Assembly (NCBI RefSeq): GCF_000143415.4
Contig: NW_003314303.1
Location: 713,467-777,466 of the forward strand
Direction: 5' to 3'
Length of the DNA: 64,000 nt
Origin: Selaginella moellendorffii
Lineage: Eukaryota; Plantae; Lycopodiophyta
Part shown: one piece after another, positions 13,299-26,960 of the stretch
Layout of the letters: each line of letters starts with the position of its first letter
Position numbering within the stretch: position 1 is the stretch's first letter
The notes under the pieces: generated by a model
The model's database searches: none
The model's input: the letters and a program-made list of their open reading frames with translations, nothing else
What the model was told of the DNA's origin: nothing
Made by a program: the position numbers and the translations under genes

Positions 13299-13577
13299 TG
13301 GAATTGGAAATCTAGAAGAAAGATCTGGAAATGCGAGAGGCTGGAGAAAGGTTTGTTGGAGTCGCGCTTTATATAGTCCGTGTGATCCACGGGGAGCGAG
13401 GGGAGTTCCAGAACATAATTTGTACCTTCGTTAGGCCACGATTGACTGGGAAGAGATATTTGAGAAGAGATCTTCATGAATGTCGGTAGAACACTTAAGT
13501 TTTTAACCCGGTTATTCCCAAGCCCACCACCCGGTGCTGCCCCGAGCGACCACAGTTTGTTAGACCGAAGCCAAAGA

Positions 13578-14896
13578 TCACGATCGAGTGTCGGTAGAAC
13601 ACAAGTCTGTGAACAGCATCAGGTTATTCCGAGAGCCACCACCCGGTGCCACTGCCTTTCTCGCCGCGTCCCTGAATTCCCTCGCTCTCGCCTTTCGAGC
13701 TTTTTCGCTGAAGATCCTCGCAATGGCCTCAGCAATCTCCTCCCGCTTCACAAACGCGTCGGAGCTCCTCCCGTCCGAAACTTCCACCCCGATGCGGCAC
13801 CTCTCCGCCATGATCTTGCGGTTGAGCCCCTGCTCGTATATCCGAGGCCAGCAGATGATCGGCATGCCACTGGAGATGCTCTCCAGGACCGAGTGCCATC
13901 CGCAGTGGCTCACGAATCCAGCCACTGCCCTGTGCGCCAGAACTTCTCTCTGAGGCGCCCATGAAACCACCAGGCCTCGTCCCTTGGTCCGCTCGACGAA
14001 GTTCTTGTAGAAGTCACTGTTCTTCACCAGGACTGTCGTGTCGCCCTCGTCCACGAACTGGGGCGGCCTGACTGTGAGCAAGAACGGCACCTTGCTCGCC
14101 TCCAAACCAAGTGCGAGCTCCTCGAATTCCTCCTGCGACAGCTTCGCTATGCTGCCGAATGCGACATAGAGGACTGAGTCTGGCTCCTGCGTGTCGAGCC
14201 AGTCGAGGCATTCCCTATCCTCCTTGAGAAAGCTCAGCACGGACTTCAAGTCGCCGTGATCATCCAGCACCGGGAACAAGGGACCGATTGGCAGAAACTT
14301 GTCGTTGAAAAGCTTCTTCATCGCGTCCACCACCTCGGGCTCCAGCTCGTGGAATGTGTTACACAGGATCCAGGAGGACGCCTTGAGCCGCTCGGCTCCA
14401 GCACGAAAGTACTCAAGCACGGCTTCCGTGTAGTGCCATGGAAGATCAGACTGCTTGATCGAGTCTATCCCCGGAATGTAAGTGATTTCTCGGTCCTCGC
14501 CATCTGATTTTAAACAAGACAAAGATTTAGAGCTATAAGAGTTGACAAAGACAAACCTTTTATCAGAAGATCGCCTTCGAAAATAAGCAGTGGGACGTGG
14601 TACTCAACAGCAAACCAAGCCGCACTTCCAGGCCAGTAAACAGCGTATGGAATTCCAAATTCGCTGGCGACTGGAGCACACCATGATCCAGCATAGTGAT
14701 CGGAGATTATGACGGTAACGCGAGGTCCACTGTCATTCAGAGCTTGGATCAAATTCTTGAACTCGCCGCTGAGATCGTAAACTGCTCTTGAAAAGCACAT
14801 TAGATCAGCTTCTGCAGCAGCGAGAACTCCTTTTGACAAATCCACCGCGGGATGAAGAGGCTCTAACCTGATATCCAACTCCGAAGGAAAATCCCA
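13578..14896 (-). pseudogene. UGT copy 2, 3' portion; interrupted by 28.5-kb insertion
   Basis: Near-identical to 999-2317; homology stops abruptly at AAATCCCA (14896) and resumes at 43373. Confidence 0.9.
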
Positions 14897-17210
14897 GTAC
14901 AGCCTATCACCCACAAACAGGTATTGGTTATTAAGTCAAGTTGGATGGCACTAACACTTCTTGACAAATGGACAAACGGAAAGGGTGAATAGGCAACTGA
15001 AGGATTATTTGCGATGGTATGTCTCCGGAGACCAGACCGATTGGGTAAGTCATTTGGGACTTGCGGAAATGTGTTATAACAACTCACCACATTCGAGTAT
15101 CGGGGTGAGTCTATAGGAAGTCATCAATGGACGAGCTATTGAAGGTCCTGTGGAACTCGGCGTGGCCGAGTATCATGGAGAGTTACCCGTAGTGGAGGCA
15201 TTCAGGGCGGAAAGACTCAACATTTGGAATCTAGTGAGGGATTCCTTGGAACGAACTCAACAAAGGCAAACCAAGTACGCGAACCAGAAGCGCTGGGATA
15301 TAGAGTTCCAAGCTGGGGAGAAGGTGTGGCTGAACACCAAGAACCTCAGGTTGCCAAGTGGGATCAGCTGGAAGTTGACCCAAAAGTAAGATGCATGTAT
15401 TCCTGGAAATGAACTGATCTTGAGTTCTTTAAGTAGATTCGTAGGGCCTTATGAAATTGAGGCACGAATCGGTAAAATGGCTTACCGCCTCTGACTTCCT
15501 TGAGAGATGGGGAAGATGCACCCAGTGTTCTATGTGAACCTACTCAAGCCGTATTTTGAGGATCCACTTTGCAAGGACCAAGTGAGACCTTTACCTGAGG
15601 TTATCCAAGGGGAAGAGGAATACGAAGTGGAGGCCATTCTCAATGCACGCAAGAGCAAGCGACAAGGACATGAGGTGAGAGAGTTCCATGTGAAGTGGAA
15701 AGGATTTCCACACTACGAAGCAACATGGGAACCGAAGGAAAACCTAGCAAACGTGCGAGATCTAGTGGAGGAATTTCTGCAAGGCAGAACTCTATGTACT
15801 TATGCAAAGTTTAATTAAAGTATCAATTTGTGAAGTTGAGCAATGGCATATGTTGGGACCCGAAGGTGTGCCGAAGGTAAGCTAATTAGCATGGGTTAGC
15901 TAGGTCAACCAGGCGTAGGGAACTACGCCTGACTCTCTGCGGGGATATTGAATCCGTAGATGTATTTTACAGGTTGGGTTCGAGTCCCAACCCCCTAGTA
16001 AAGCAAGGCTGGGTTCAAGTCCCGACCCCATACTAGGGCGTGGTGAGGTGAGGGGTATAGGGACACCTATACTCTATTGTCATGGGCTTTTGGCTGGGGA
16101 GGCTAACTTAGGCACACTGCTAAGTGGGGGGATGCCCCCGGAGACATGGTCAACAAGTCATAGGATAAAATGAGACATTTGATGTGGGCATTGAACTTCT
16201 TCTATGGGTGGTGGAGTTGTAAGGAACCAACTTCCTGAGGTGTCATAGGCTAAAGGATCCCCAAAAGCATGACCAAAATGACAAAGAGTTCATTGGATGG
16301 GACTGAGTCTGAGATCGAGTCCAAGACCGACTCTGAGACCGAGTTCGAGATAAAGTCTGGGATCGAGCCCGAGGCCGAATTGGAGACCGAGTTCAAAACC
16401 GAGTTCGAGACCAAGCTTGAGACAGAGTCCGAGATCCAAATCGGGCCCAAGACCGAGTCCGAGGTCAAGTCCAAAGTCGAGTCCAAGATCGGGTCCGAGA
16501 TCGAGTCTGAGACCGAGTCCAAAGTCAGGTCCGAGATCGAGTCCGAGACCGAGTCCGAGTACTAATACAGGTCAAGGGGTGAAAGACCAACATGTGCGTC
16601 TCCCTGGGGGGGGGGGGGCTGCAGGGGGTTCCAAAAGTATAGTAGTGAGGTCTAGGGAACCAGTCTTGAAGGAACTCTCCAATGGTGCTTCTAAACTGAC
16701 TTGAGGTTGAAACTGGGGCTGAAGGGCCTTGGGTGGGAGTGAGCATGGACTTGGGTGGGAGTGAGCATGGACTCGGGTGGTGCCGGAGGGGCCACCCAAG
16801 GAAGTGTTCAAAAGCAGCTCTCACTCCCGAAAGGGAAACCGATTGCAGTGCTCCCGGCTCATGTGGAGTGGTGCCCCACTTGAGTACTTGGTGGCTCATT
16901 GGTCCTCGCCCTTCCTAGGGGCTTGGACCTTCCCTTCGGGATGGAAGTGGGGGGGTAGAGGTACCCATACTGGGCCGTTAGGCCATGGTGTTTTGCCCCG
17001 GTGGGGGATTGGGAGAGATTTGGTAATCTCGGGGTGGATGGCTAACGCTCCGTGGCTCGTGCAGTGAGTAGCTGAAACCAAGTAGGACCAAGTAGGAGCT
17101 GGTACAATAGGCAGGAACCTTGGCGAGGGAAATTAGCAAAAGCCAAGGTAGTGTTGGTTGGATAGACGAAGTAAGTTGGCAAATTGGAAAGGAAAAATTT
17201 GTGGCTTACA
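14897..17210 (+). mobile_element. Ty3/gypsy chromovirus element A, 3' half: integrase C-terminus, chromodomain, PPT, 3' LTR (16218-17210)
   Basis: STAYHPQT..GQTERVN, KFVGPY, YEVEAIL...VKWKGF..YEATWEP; purine-rich tract before TGTAAGG; LTR ends CTTACA followed by TATGG. Confidence 0.9.
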
Positions 17211-20200
17211 TATGGCCATGGAGAAAAGATGTGCAAATGGAAACACCAACGTTGCGACAAACGGTCACGAAAGAAAGAAAGCAATACGGCTTTCTCACAT
17301 GACAATAGGGTCATGGAAACAAGAGAACGAGAATAGAACAAACGGCTCAAATCATATAGCAATATAGCTATAGAACTCAATTCTCCCCTTCCTCAAGAAT
17401 GTCATCCAAGTTATAACCAAAACTCAGAAACACTCTCTTCACGTCATCCTTAGTTTCCCATGTAGCTTCGTCCATGGAATAACCATTCCATTGAACTAAC
17501 AACTCCCTAGTTGTCTTCCAGCGTGTTTTCACCAATCTTTGAGCAAGAATATTGGCCGGACCAGCCTTCTCTGCATCAATCTCTGGAACCTGGATGATGG
17601 ACTGATCCACAATATCACGAAAGTGCAAACACGCTTTAATCTTGCTCACATGGAACGTTGGATGAATCTTCGAACCAATTGGCAAGTCCAAAGTGTATGC
17701 AAGATCCCCCACACGCTGTAAAATTGTCCAAGGCCCACAATAACGTGGAGACAATTTAGCACAGCCACCTCCTTTCAGAGACCATTGTGCATCCAACAGC
17801 TTAAGGAAAACCTTGTCATCAACTTTGTACTCTTGATGACGATGATGCTTATCAGCCAATTTTTTGTCTCATTCTTGAGCTTGCCTTATGTTCAATTTTG
17901 CCAACTCAAGCTTGTCTTGCATATCCTCCAAGAAATCACAAGCATGAGGAACCCGAACCAAAACCACATTCAAACTCACAGGAGACCTAGACTCATAGCT
18001 ATACATTGCCATAAAGGGAGACATGCTAATAGCCGATTGATGAGTGCAATTGTGAGCAAACTGAAGCAAAGGCAAGTACTTCTCCCATACTCCCTGTCGA
18101 GTCAAGTTTCCCACAAAAGACAATAGCATATCTTCTAATAGCTGATTCATGCGCTCTGTTTGCCCATCAGATTGTGGATGCTCACCACTACTCATGCTCA
18201 GCTTAGTCTCTAGTTTCTCAAAGACTGTTTGCCAAAACTTGGATGTGAACTTAGGATCCCGATCACTCACAATGTCACCCAGCAAACCATAAAGACTGAA
18301 TAACCGGTCTACAAACAACTGAGCAAGTTCAGAAGCTTTTATCGTTGTCTTCATAGGGAAGAAGTGAGCCATCTTCATCAAACGATCCACAACAACCCAA
18401 ATAGCATCATTTCCTCGAAAGGTTTTGGGCAAACCAGTGATAAAGTCTATCGAGATGCTATCCCACTTATTCTCGGGTACACGTAAAGGATGATAGAGAC
18501 CAGCAAGCTTCTGATGATCAATTTTGACTACGTGGCAAGTTAAACAACCATGTACGTACTTCTCAACATCTGACTTCATCCCAGGCCAAAAGAAATGCCT
18601 CTTCACCAACATATACGTTCGCAATACCCCCGGATGCCCAGCACTTGGCACATCATGACACTCAACCAAAATCCGTTTGATGAATTTGTCAACACGAGGA
18701 ACCACTACACATCCCTTCTTCACCAGGATTCCATCTCGTATCTCGAATGACGCAAACTTGTCACCCTTTAAATCTGTAGAGGCATCCCTCAACAAAACCT
18801 TCGCGCGAATATCAGTGATAAAGGAGTCAAAGTCAGCAAACTCCTTAAGCTCATCCAAGAGATTGCCAGATAGCTTCACAAACAAGATAGAATTTACCAT
18901 CCTAGATAATGCATCGGCCACCTTATTGTCACCTCCATGCTTGTACTGGATCTCAACAGACATTTCCTGCAAGAACTCTTGCCAACGAGCAAGGTGGCCT
19001 CAAAGATCCTTTTGTCGACTGAAATATTGGAGAGACTGATGGTCTGAATCCACATGGAAGTCCAATCCATATAGATAATGTTGCCATGCCTTCACAACAG
19101 CAATCACAGCATACAACTCTTTGTCTCGAGTAGGCCAATTCCGCTGTGTGGCATCAAACTTATAGCTCATGTATGCAAGAGGATGCCCAACTTGAAGCAA
19201 TACTTCTCCAATAGCAATGTCACTTGCATCTGTCTCGACCACAAGAGGCTTTTCAAAATCAAAAATCTTCAACACTGGAGTAGAGATACAACACTACTTC
19301 AAATGTTGAAATGCCACTTCACACTTCTCATCCCAACCATGAATAGTAGCATGTTTCGACGTATTCTGGAGAAGATTAGTTAAAGGGGCTGACATCCCGG
19401 AAAAGTCCTTCACAAATCGTCGAAAAACTCCAACCATACCAAAGAAACTATGGAGATCATGCACTATCGAAGGTATAGGCCAATCAACCACGGCCTGAAT
19501 CTTTGCAGGATCAGCTCTCACTCCATGTACCGAAATCAAATGCCTGAGATATCCAATCTCATCTAAAAATAACTCGCACTTGGATAACTTCGAGTAGAGC
19601 TTGTTGTCCTTCAAAAGTTGTAAAACACTTCGCACATGCATCTCATGTTCCTCCACGGAAGAGCTGAATACTAGGATATCATCAAAATAATCAATTGCAA
19701 ACTTTCCCAAATAAGGTTGTAGAACTTGATTTATCAATCTTTGAAAAGTTGTAGGAGCATTTGTCAAACCAAACGGCATCACTAAAAACTCGTAGTAACC
19801 TGTCCTTGTCCGAAATGTAGTTTTTGGAACATCCTCTGGCTTGACACAAATCTGATGATATCCTTGCCTCAAATCAATCTTCAAAAAATATTGAGCAAAT
19901 CACCACGAAGACAATCAAGCAAATCATCGATACGAGGGATCAGGAACATATTCTTCACTGTCCTATCATTTAATCCTTTGTAATTCACGCAAAGACGCTA
20001 TGTACCATCTTTCTTTTTGACCATCACCACTGGAGCAGCCCAAGGAGACTTGCTGATCCATAACCACCCTTTCCAAAGGTATTCAGCAAGTTGCCTATTA
20101 ATCTCCTCATCTTTAGCGGGACTAGTACGAGTTGGTTGTCGCTGAAAAGGAGTAGCTCCAGGAACCAAGTCAATCTCATGCTGAATTCCACGTTTGGGAG

Positions 20201-20345
20201 GCAAATCATCAGGTAACTCATCTGGAAATATGTCATGGAACTCCTCCTAAATGGAATCCACTCGAGCCTCATGCCCACGAACATACTCCAAATCAGACAT
20301 GATCATATTAGAAAGAAACGGGTACACCACAAAAGACCTAGCTAT

Positions 20346-22247
20346 TGTGAGACACAAAATCCCTAGGCCCCAAAGTGGAGCCGCAAGGGTGCCATGTGGT
20401 GGTGGCCGAAGCGAAAACCAAACGAGCGTAACACGTTTGGACTAAAAGCTCTAATTTGAAAGGTTGAGAGCGGGAGTGGAAATCCCAACAAAGTGCTCGA
20501 GGAACGAGCACGAAGCGAGCAATAAGCGAGGCTCCAAAAAGGGACCCAAAAGGACCAACACATGACACGTGGAAGAGTCTGAGATGGACCTGAGTTGGAG
20601 TCCGAAGTGGAGTCCGCGAAGGACCCCGAGATGGAGTCCGAAGTGGAGTCCGAGAAGGACCCCAAGATGGAGTCTGAGGTGGACCCTAGATGGAGTCCGA
20701 GATGGATCCAAGATTGAGTCCGAGACGGACTCGAGATGGAGTCCGAGATGGACCCGAGATAGAGTCCGAGATGGAGTCCAAGGTGGAGTTTGAGGTGGAC
20801 CCAAGATGGACCTGAAATGGAGTCCGAGATGGAGTCCGAGATGGACACGAGATGGAGTCTGAGATAGACCCGAGATGGAGTCCGAGATGGACCCGAGATG
20901 GAGTCCGAGATGGACCCGAGATGGAGTCCGAGATGGACCCAAGATGGACACGAGATGGAGTCCAAGATGGAGTCCGAGATGGACCCGAGATGGAGTCCAA
21001 GATGGAGTCCGAGATGGACCCGAGATGGAGTCCGAAGTTGAGACCGAGATTGAGACCTAGACCGGGACCGAGACCGGGACCGAGATCGGGACCGAGACTG
21101 AGACCGAGGCCGAGGCCGAGACCGAGCCCGAGGCCGAGGCCGAGACCGAGCCCGAGTCCGAGTCCGAGTCCGAGTCCGAGTCCGAGTCCGAGTCCGAGTC
21201 TGAGTCCGAGTCCGAGTCCGAGTTCGAGTCCAAGTCCAAGTTCGAATGTGAGAGGGTGAAAGCCCAAAGCATTTGTCCCCCAGACCCTAGGGGGTTTGGT
21301 GAGCTCCAAAAGTATAGTGAGGGGGAGGACTGCAATGGAGCCAGTTTGGCCAGGAAAGGCTAGTTTGGCCCAGGAAGGCCAGACCCAGTGTTGGGTGATG
21401 AGCTGCCCACTGGGAAGTCCAAGACTAGAGTGAACACAAGCCGACAAGCGGGGTAGCTTGGTAAAGTGTTCAAGAGCCGGCTCTAGTTCCCCCAGGAGAT
21501 CGACTGGCCGATGCTCCCAATCCAAGTGTGGGTGGCACTACCTACTTGGATACCTAGTGTGGCTCAACAAAACCTCACTCTAAGCCCATGGCTAGAGCAC
21601 CCAAAGGCAGAAGGCGAGGAGAGTACCCATGAGGCCCGCGTAGGGCCACGGTGTTCCGAAATGTTGTCCCAAAGTCCCAGACTGTGGAAAGGAAAAGGAG
21701 TAGCCCTCTGGTGTGGTGACAAAGGACACGGTCACCTAATGAGGAAGTCCCAGAGGACAGTTGGACTTAGAGGTCGAGTCTGTGGGCCTTGATCTAGTGG
21801 CAGTGTTGGTGAACACGGCCATTGATAGAGAGGGACTTGGTGGGGACCGAAAAAGAGAAATTGGGGAAGGTTATTCCCCAAGTCTGCGAGCATCCTAAGG
21901 ATGCTAAAGAGTGGATCTGGGATGATCACTCATGAATGGATGGCCTAGTCTATGAGAGACAGGATTGCAATGTAGGTGGTGTTGGACCACTGATGTGACC
22001 AAGGTGAATAGGTATGGCCTTAACGTAACGGGCTGATATGTCGGTGGTACCTTAGGGTGTCGATCATGGGATCGAACACGGGGAGCACTTGGACCAAGTG
22101 CTAAGTTGAGTGGCATGGATGCCATTCTCGGGGCTAGCAAGCCCCAAGTCCTGAGTTGGACTTATGGAGGTTGTGAATGAGACTCCTCCAAGTGGTCAGA
22201 GGTGTGGTTAAGTGACTAAAGTAGAATGGAAAAATTAGTCACTTACA
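20346..22247. mobile_element. 1.9-kb solo LTR inserted in element B pol
   Basis: TGTGAG...CTTACA termini, TSD GCTAT/GTTAT; removing it restores the B frame (HEIARSFVVYPF). Confidence 0.8.
20575..21240. repeat. Hexamer-based tandem array (GAGTCC/GAGATG/GACCC variants) inside solo LTR
   Basis: Long run of gagtccgagatg/ggacccgagatg units ending in pure (gagtcc)n; related arrays at 16300-16560 and 38150-38400 in LTRs of element A. Confidence 0.9.
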
Positions 22248-23399
22248 GTTATCTCATGCAAGCATGTCACCAACTCCAAAGCGTTAATCAATGGAGTATC
22301 ACTGTTGTTTGTCCCAACAATCTCTTTTATAGTGCCACCAACTTCAATATGCAGAACATTACGCTCCCAATCGATCCCTGGCTTCCTGTCATAAAACCAT
22401 TCCTTCCCAAGAATAACGTCTGTGCGACCAAGATCCATAACCTGGAATGAAGGATGGTCAAGAATCCCCTGAAACGTCAAAGGAACACTCGGAGCCTATT
22501 CACCATAAACACGAGTGTTATGTCCATCTGCCATAACCACCTCATAGATTACTGAACTTTTTTCCACAAGCAAACCAAGTTTCTTCACCACCTTGGAGCT
22601 TAAAAAGTTGTGTGTAGCACTTGGATCGAAAAGAATACTAACAGCATTACCCTGAATGTCCCCTTTGGCCTTCACAAGTTGATTGCGCATAGAACTATTA
22701 ATCTCTATAGAAGCTCTATTTCGTTAAAGTGGGATTTATTCAGTAAAATGGGACTAGGTACAAATTTTCAAGTATTTGAAAATGACGTGAAATTATATGT
22801 TTTTTGTCCAGGGGCTAGACATATCTGGGGCATGGTGACTAGCGCGGTGACTTTGTGTCCAGACTGAGTCCATCTGGTTGTATAAAAAATCTCATTGTCA
22901 AGGTGAACAAGCCGAATCTGAAGCTAAAGAAGAGCGATGGCATGCGCGCACACACTATTTGTTTGTTCATTGAGCGTGTGGTGAGCTTTCCAAGATGAAC
23001 GTCATTCCTATTAGCCAGACATATAACTTAATGGTGAGAACATTTAGATATTATTCAATGTTATCTTTTTCTAACGAATCTAATTGTGAAGGTGTAGCAA
23101 GAGGCATTGCTAGTCTGGAGAAGTCATTTAACTCATTTGACCCTTAGTGTATTTTCATGAAACTAAATAACATTCATATTATTAAGGAATTTCTCTAGTA
23201 CCTTTTTTTTACGACATAGAGGCTTGCATTTCTTTCAAAGGTGATTTAGTAAAAGGCCTGAGGGCACATGCCATTCTATTTCTCAGACCGGTATTAAGAT
23301 ATACTAGTGCAAAGGGCCACATGCCATCACGCCTCCTCTGATTCAGATTCGGATTGTTCACCTTGAAATAAAATACATTAGAAACTTAGTAAAGGAATA

Positions 23400-26300
23400 T
23401 TAATGAATCTCACCTTGAACCCGGGTTATGAATGCTCTTGCTGCATCTCTTGCATGGTCTGGCAAGGTGATGGTGGCACTCTGCTTCCGCATCCAACCAT
23501 GCACAACATTATCCACCGATATGCTCATGCTGGGATCCCTTGGATTCAGCACCCATCTCTTTTCTAGGCAATCCTTCGTATATCCGGAACTTGGCTTGAA
23601 CCACTCCACAGTTACATTGAAGGAGTTAGTTTCCGCGTCCTCCTCTGCATCAGTGATGCAGCGCCCCACCCATATCATTTGTTTTTTATTACTGGGTCTG
23701 ACAAGCACGACCATTCCTTTGCAGACCTGTACTGGATTGAATGCTGAATCCGGCTTCTTGTTCCTCGGCCCACAATAGTGATCCTCAACATCGTTATCTG
23801 TCATTGCATTTCCAGAGGACATTGTTCCGCTACTATCTGGTGCTCTGGGTTCTGGCCAAAAGGACTCTTCCAATTCTTCATATACAACCGGCCCATTTTG
23901 GATAGCAGATATAATCTTCTCCCAGTATTCGAGCAAAGGCTTGCACCTCTTAAAATAGGATTCTCCACCAAACACCAACCCCCTCTTCCAGAAGGCAATA
24001 TGCTATCTAATCCCGGCCACTATACTTTCCTGGTCTTTGAGTCCATCCGGGTGCATCGGCCGTGGGGAACCCTGAGGAATCATAGGTTCCCCAATTATGG
24101 GATCTCTCTTGAAGAGTTCAATGCCATCCACTGGCAGCCACACTGTGTCCCATTCTCTCATCTTGTACCTCATCACTGGAGCACCGTCACGCATGCTGAA
24201 ATGAAACTGAAGAGGCTTGGAGTGGCCAATCAGCGTTTCGGATCCGTCCCTGATGTAGCCTCTTACAAACCCCTTAAAGTCTGGAACCTCTGTCACAAGT
24301 GCAGCTTCAACAGTGCCTTTGATGCAATTTTGGAATTCATCGTAGAGTTGTGGGAGGGTGAGGACATTGGATCGCCGGAGGGACTCTGCCAGGTGACTGA
24401 ACATGGCATCGACGTCTTCATGAGTGTGCCCAACCATGAGAAAGCCAAGTGTAACCGTTTCAAATATGCCTTTGGCAACAAGCATCGCCAAGTACGCGAA
24501 GACGTACATGTTTTTGTTCTCACTGCCAGCATTGTCTGTTTGGAGCAGAAGATGGGGTGGAAGGCCACATCGGCCGCAAGAACTTCCTTGAGATTCTGCT
24601 TCGTTTGGATGAGGCTGTGCATTCACCGGGTGACCAGCCTCGTCGTAATGGCATGAGGCCTCACGTGATAACCCTACAATCTGACGGCCAACATATTCAC
24701 TAGGATGGCATGGGGCCCCACGCGATACTGCAAGCCTTTGCTCCTCCTCCAGCTGAACCCTGTATGGGGTTCGATCGACAAGGGCCTTATACAAGGGTTG
24801 GCCGTTCAGCTCAGTCTGCGCACTTTGCAGAGACCTTAAGTGTTTTGCTAAGGACGCAATCATCATGTTTGCACCCCCGCCACCCCATAGAGGTACAAAG
24901 AAGTTCCCATAGTTCTGGGCACCATGCCCATGAGCGATTATGCCAAACAGAGACACAGGCAGCTGCATGGATGAAGAGATTGCCTTGGGGGCAGGATTGA
25001 GTCGAGGTAAGCACGTCTTTTTCTGATCCATTTTGTCGTGGATGATGCAGAGGTAAGAGTCAGGTCTCTCCATGGAGAGAATCCTGTTATGATAATATGC
25101 AGTCCTGCAGCTTCTCTGCTCGATGTTGTGGTCGAGCCGCCTTCTAACCAACGTCTCTCGCTCTTGAGCGCTGCAAGAATTCTTCGACAAAGCCATTTTG
25201 ATAGCAGTGCACTCGTCACACTTTGAAAAGCTGGAGTACTTTCCTATACTCACATCCCTGAACCTGTTGCTCCACAATCTACTAAATCTAGACTGGCTCA
25301 GCTTCCTGTAGCCATTACTCTGGAGTTCCCGATTCACATCTTCCAATATGGCCCCCTTGGTATACATGGAAGGGAGAACTCGTTGGGTGTCTCGTGTTCC
25401 ATCTTCCAAGAGGCGGGTTTTATGTGGTTGCTGCTCGCTACATGTCTCGACAAACCTCTTGAAGATTGCCTCTCCATATACAACATGACCCCTGGTTTTG
25501 TGCGTACCGTCGTTCCCATGGACTGCCTGTTGAACCCTTTGTTCCTCGAACTCAGTTTTGATTCTGTAGAATGTGGTTCGAGGGACTCCATAAATGATTC
25601 TCCATGCCTTCATGCAGACCAAACCCCTCTGGAAGACCATGCCCCCCACCTGATGTTCTGAAGCATCAACAGATGACCGTAATGCCTCATACACAAAATT
25701 GCAAGCTGCCTTCCAGGACAATGTCTTGTATCTTGCTCTCTCCTCTTCAATAGCATCCCAATCAGCATGTTGACAGCACCTCCTCTTGCAACAAGCAACT
25801 GTCGAGACCATTCGAACCTCCATCGCCATTTTCTGCCTTTTCAGTTCGTTGCTCAGATCCCTTTGGCTGCGCTGTAGGAAGGTGTACTTTCTTTTCCCAT
25901 GAAGAGATGTTCTGTCATCAGTTGTAGTGGTGTTTGATTGTGAATCCTTCACATTCTCAAACACTAAATGCCTCAATTTCCACCGCACAATGCTTCCAAT
26001 AGTCAGACTGTTTTCTTCTGTGTCAACAACCTCTAAAATTGCAACTCCAATATCATCCCAGCCCAATTCTTGATTAGCAACCGCATCTCTTGGATCGACA
26101 ACTGTGGCTAAGCCCTCAGCTACCACCTCCCCCTCGGGGTTGTTTAGAAACACCTTTGCCTGAATCCATGTAGCACGGTTCTTAAGATCCACGGAGGGAA
26201 CATGCGTCGCACTTGTGCTGTCCCCAACATCTGCTTTCTTTTGAAGATTTTTCAAGGCAACAACAACATTTACCCCGACGACCATCTCTCCTCGTTCAAT

Positions 26301-26468
26301 AGCGACCACATTCCCATCGAAGACAGTCTCTACTGATACAGCAGCATTGCCTTCCCCAAGCCTTTGACAGTGTATAACAAAGTTCCGATCCATAGACACA
26401 AGGGTCCCTTTTGCAACTCTCTTCCCACCATTCAAAATGTAAACCTTTTCCCCAACCCTGAAGGCCAT
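23400..26468 (-). CDS. DDE transposase (Sola1-like), ~1020 codons with one nonsense codon at 24003-24005
   Basis: FSKCDEC, IIHDKMD, LQTDNAGSENKN, GFLMVGHTHEDVDAMFS motifs; ORF 23400-23978 continues in the same frame after TAG; extra small terminal exons likely. Confidence 0.8.
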
Positions 26469-26835
26469 TCTGAAAGTGCAGAAAAGAAGTTAAGACCATA
26501 CAAAAAATGATTGGAGAATGGCCTAAATCATAACATACCAAACAACCTCAATAGCATGAGGCCACATGCCATTATTCAAACATGCTATTGACACCCACAT
26601 GAAATTTCGCATTCACAAAATTGGCATGAGGCCTCATGCCATCTTGATATACACACAGCTGCAGGCAAGTAAAAACATACATGACAATACGCTAGCCATG
26701 AAATTGCAAGGGCCCAAGATGGCATGTGGCCTCATGCCATTTCTAAATGTGGTCCTAAACCATTCCATGGTGAACATACCAGGAAGCACAAGTGCCGAAT
26801 ATCAAGAGGAAGCGGTAGCCACACCAAAGACAGTG

Positions 26836-26960
26836 CCGCTCGCAACACCGCAACTACTCGTAGCGCCGCTCGCAACACCGCAACTGCTCGTAGCGCCGCT
26901 CGCACAAACTGCCACTCGCATAAACTGCCGCTCGCAATGGCGCTCGCAATGCCGCAACCG
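26836..26960. repeat. GC-rich ~30-bp tandem repeat upstream of transposase
   Basis: gccgctcgcaacaccgcaactRctcgtagc twice plus degenerate copies. Confidence 0.8.

Noticed and set aside
15972-16029. tRNA gene
   Set aside because: Only T-arm-like hairpins; no acceptor, D or anticodon arms found
20363-21525. Long ORFs rich in ES/LG/SP/DS dipeptides (also 16250-16704, 38026-38733)
   Set aside because: Translation artefacts of hexamer arrays inside LTRs
23778-24656. 292-aa plus-strand ORF and similar antisense ORFs (e.g. 47792-48712, 44542-45264)
   Set aside because: Shadows of real minus-strand genes; no recognisable motifs
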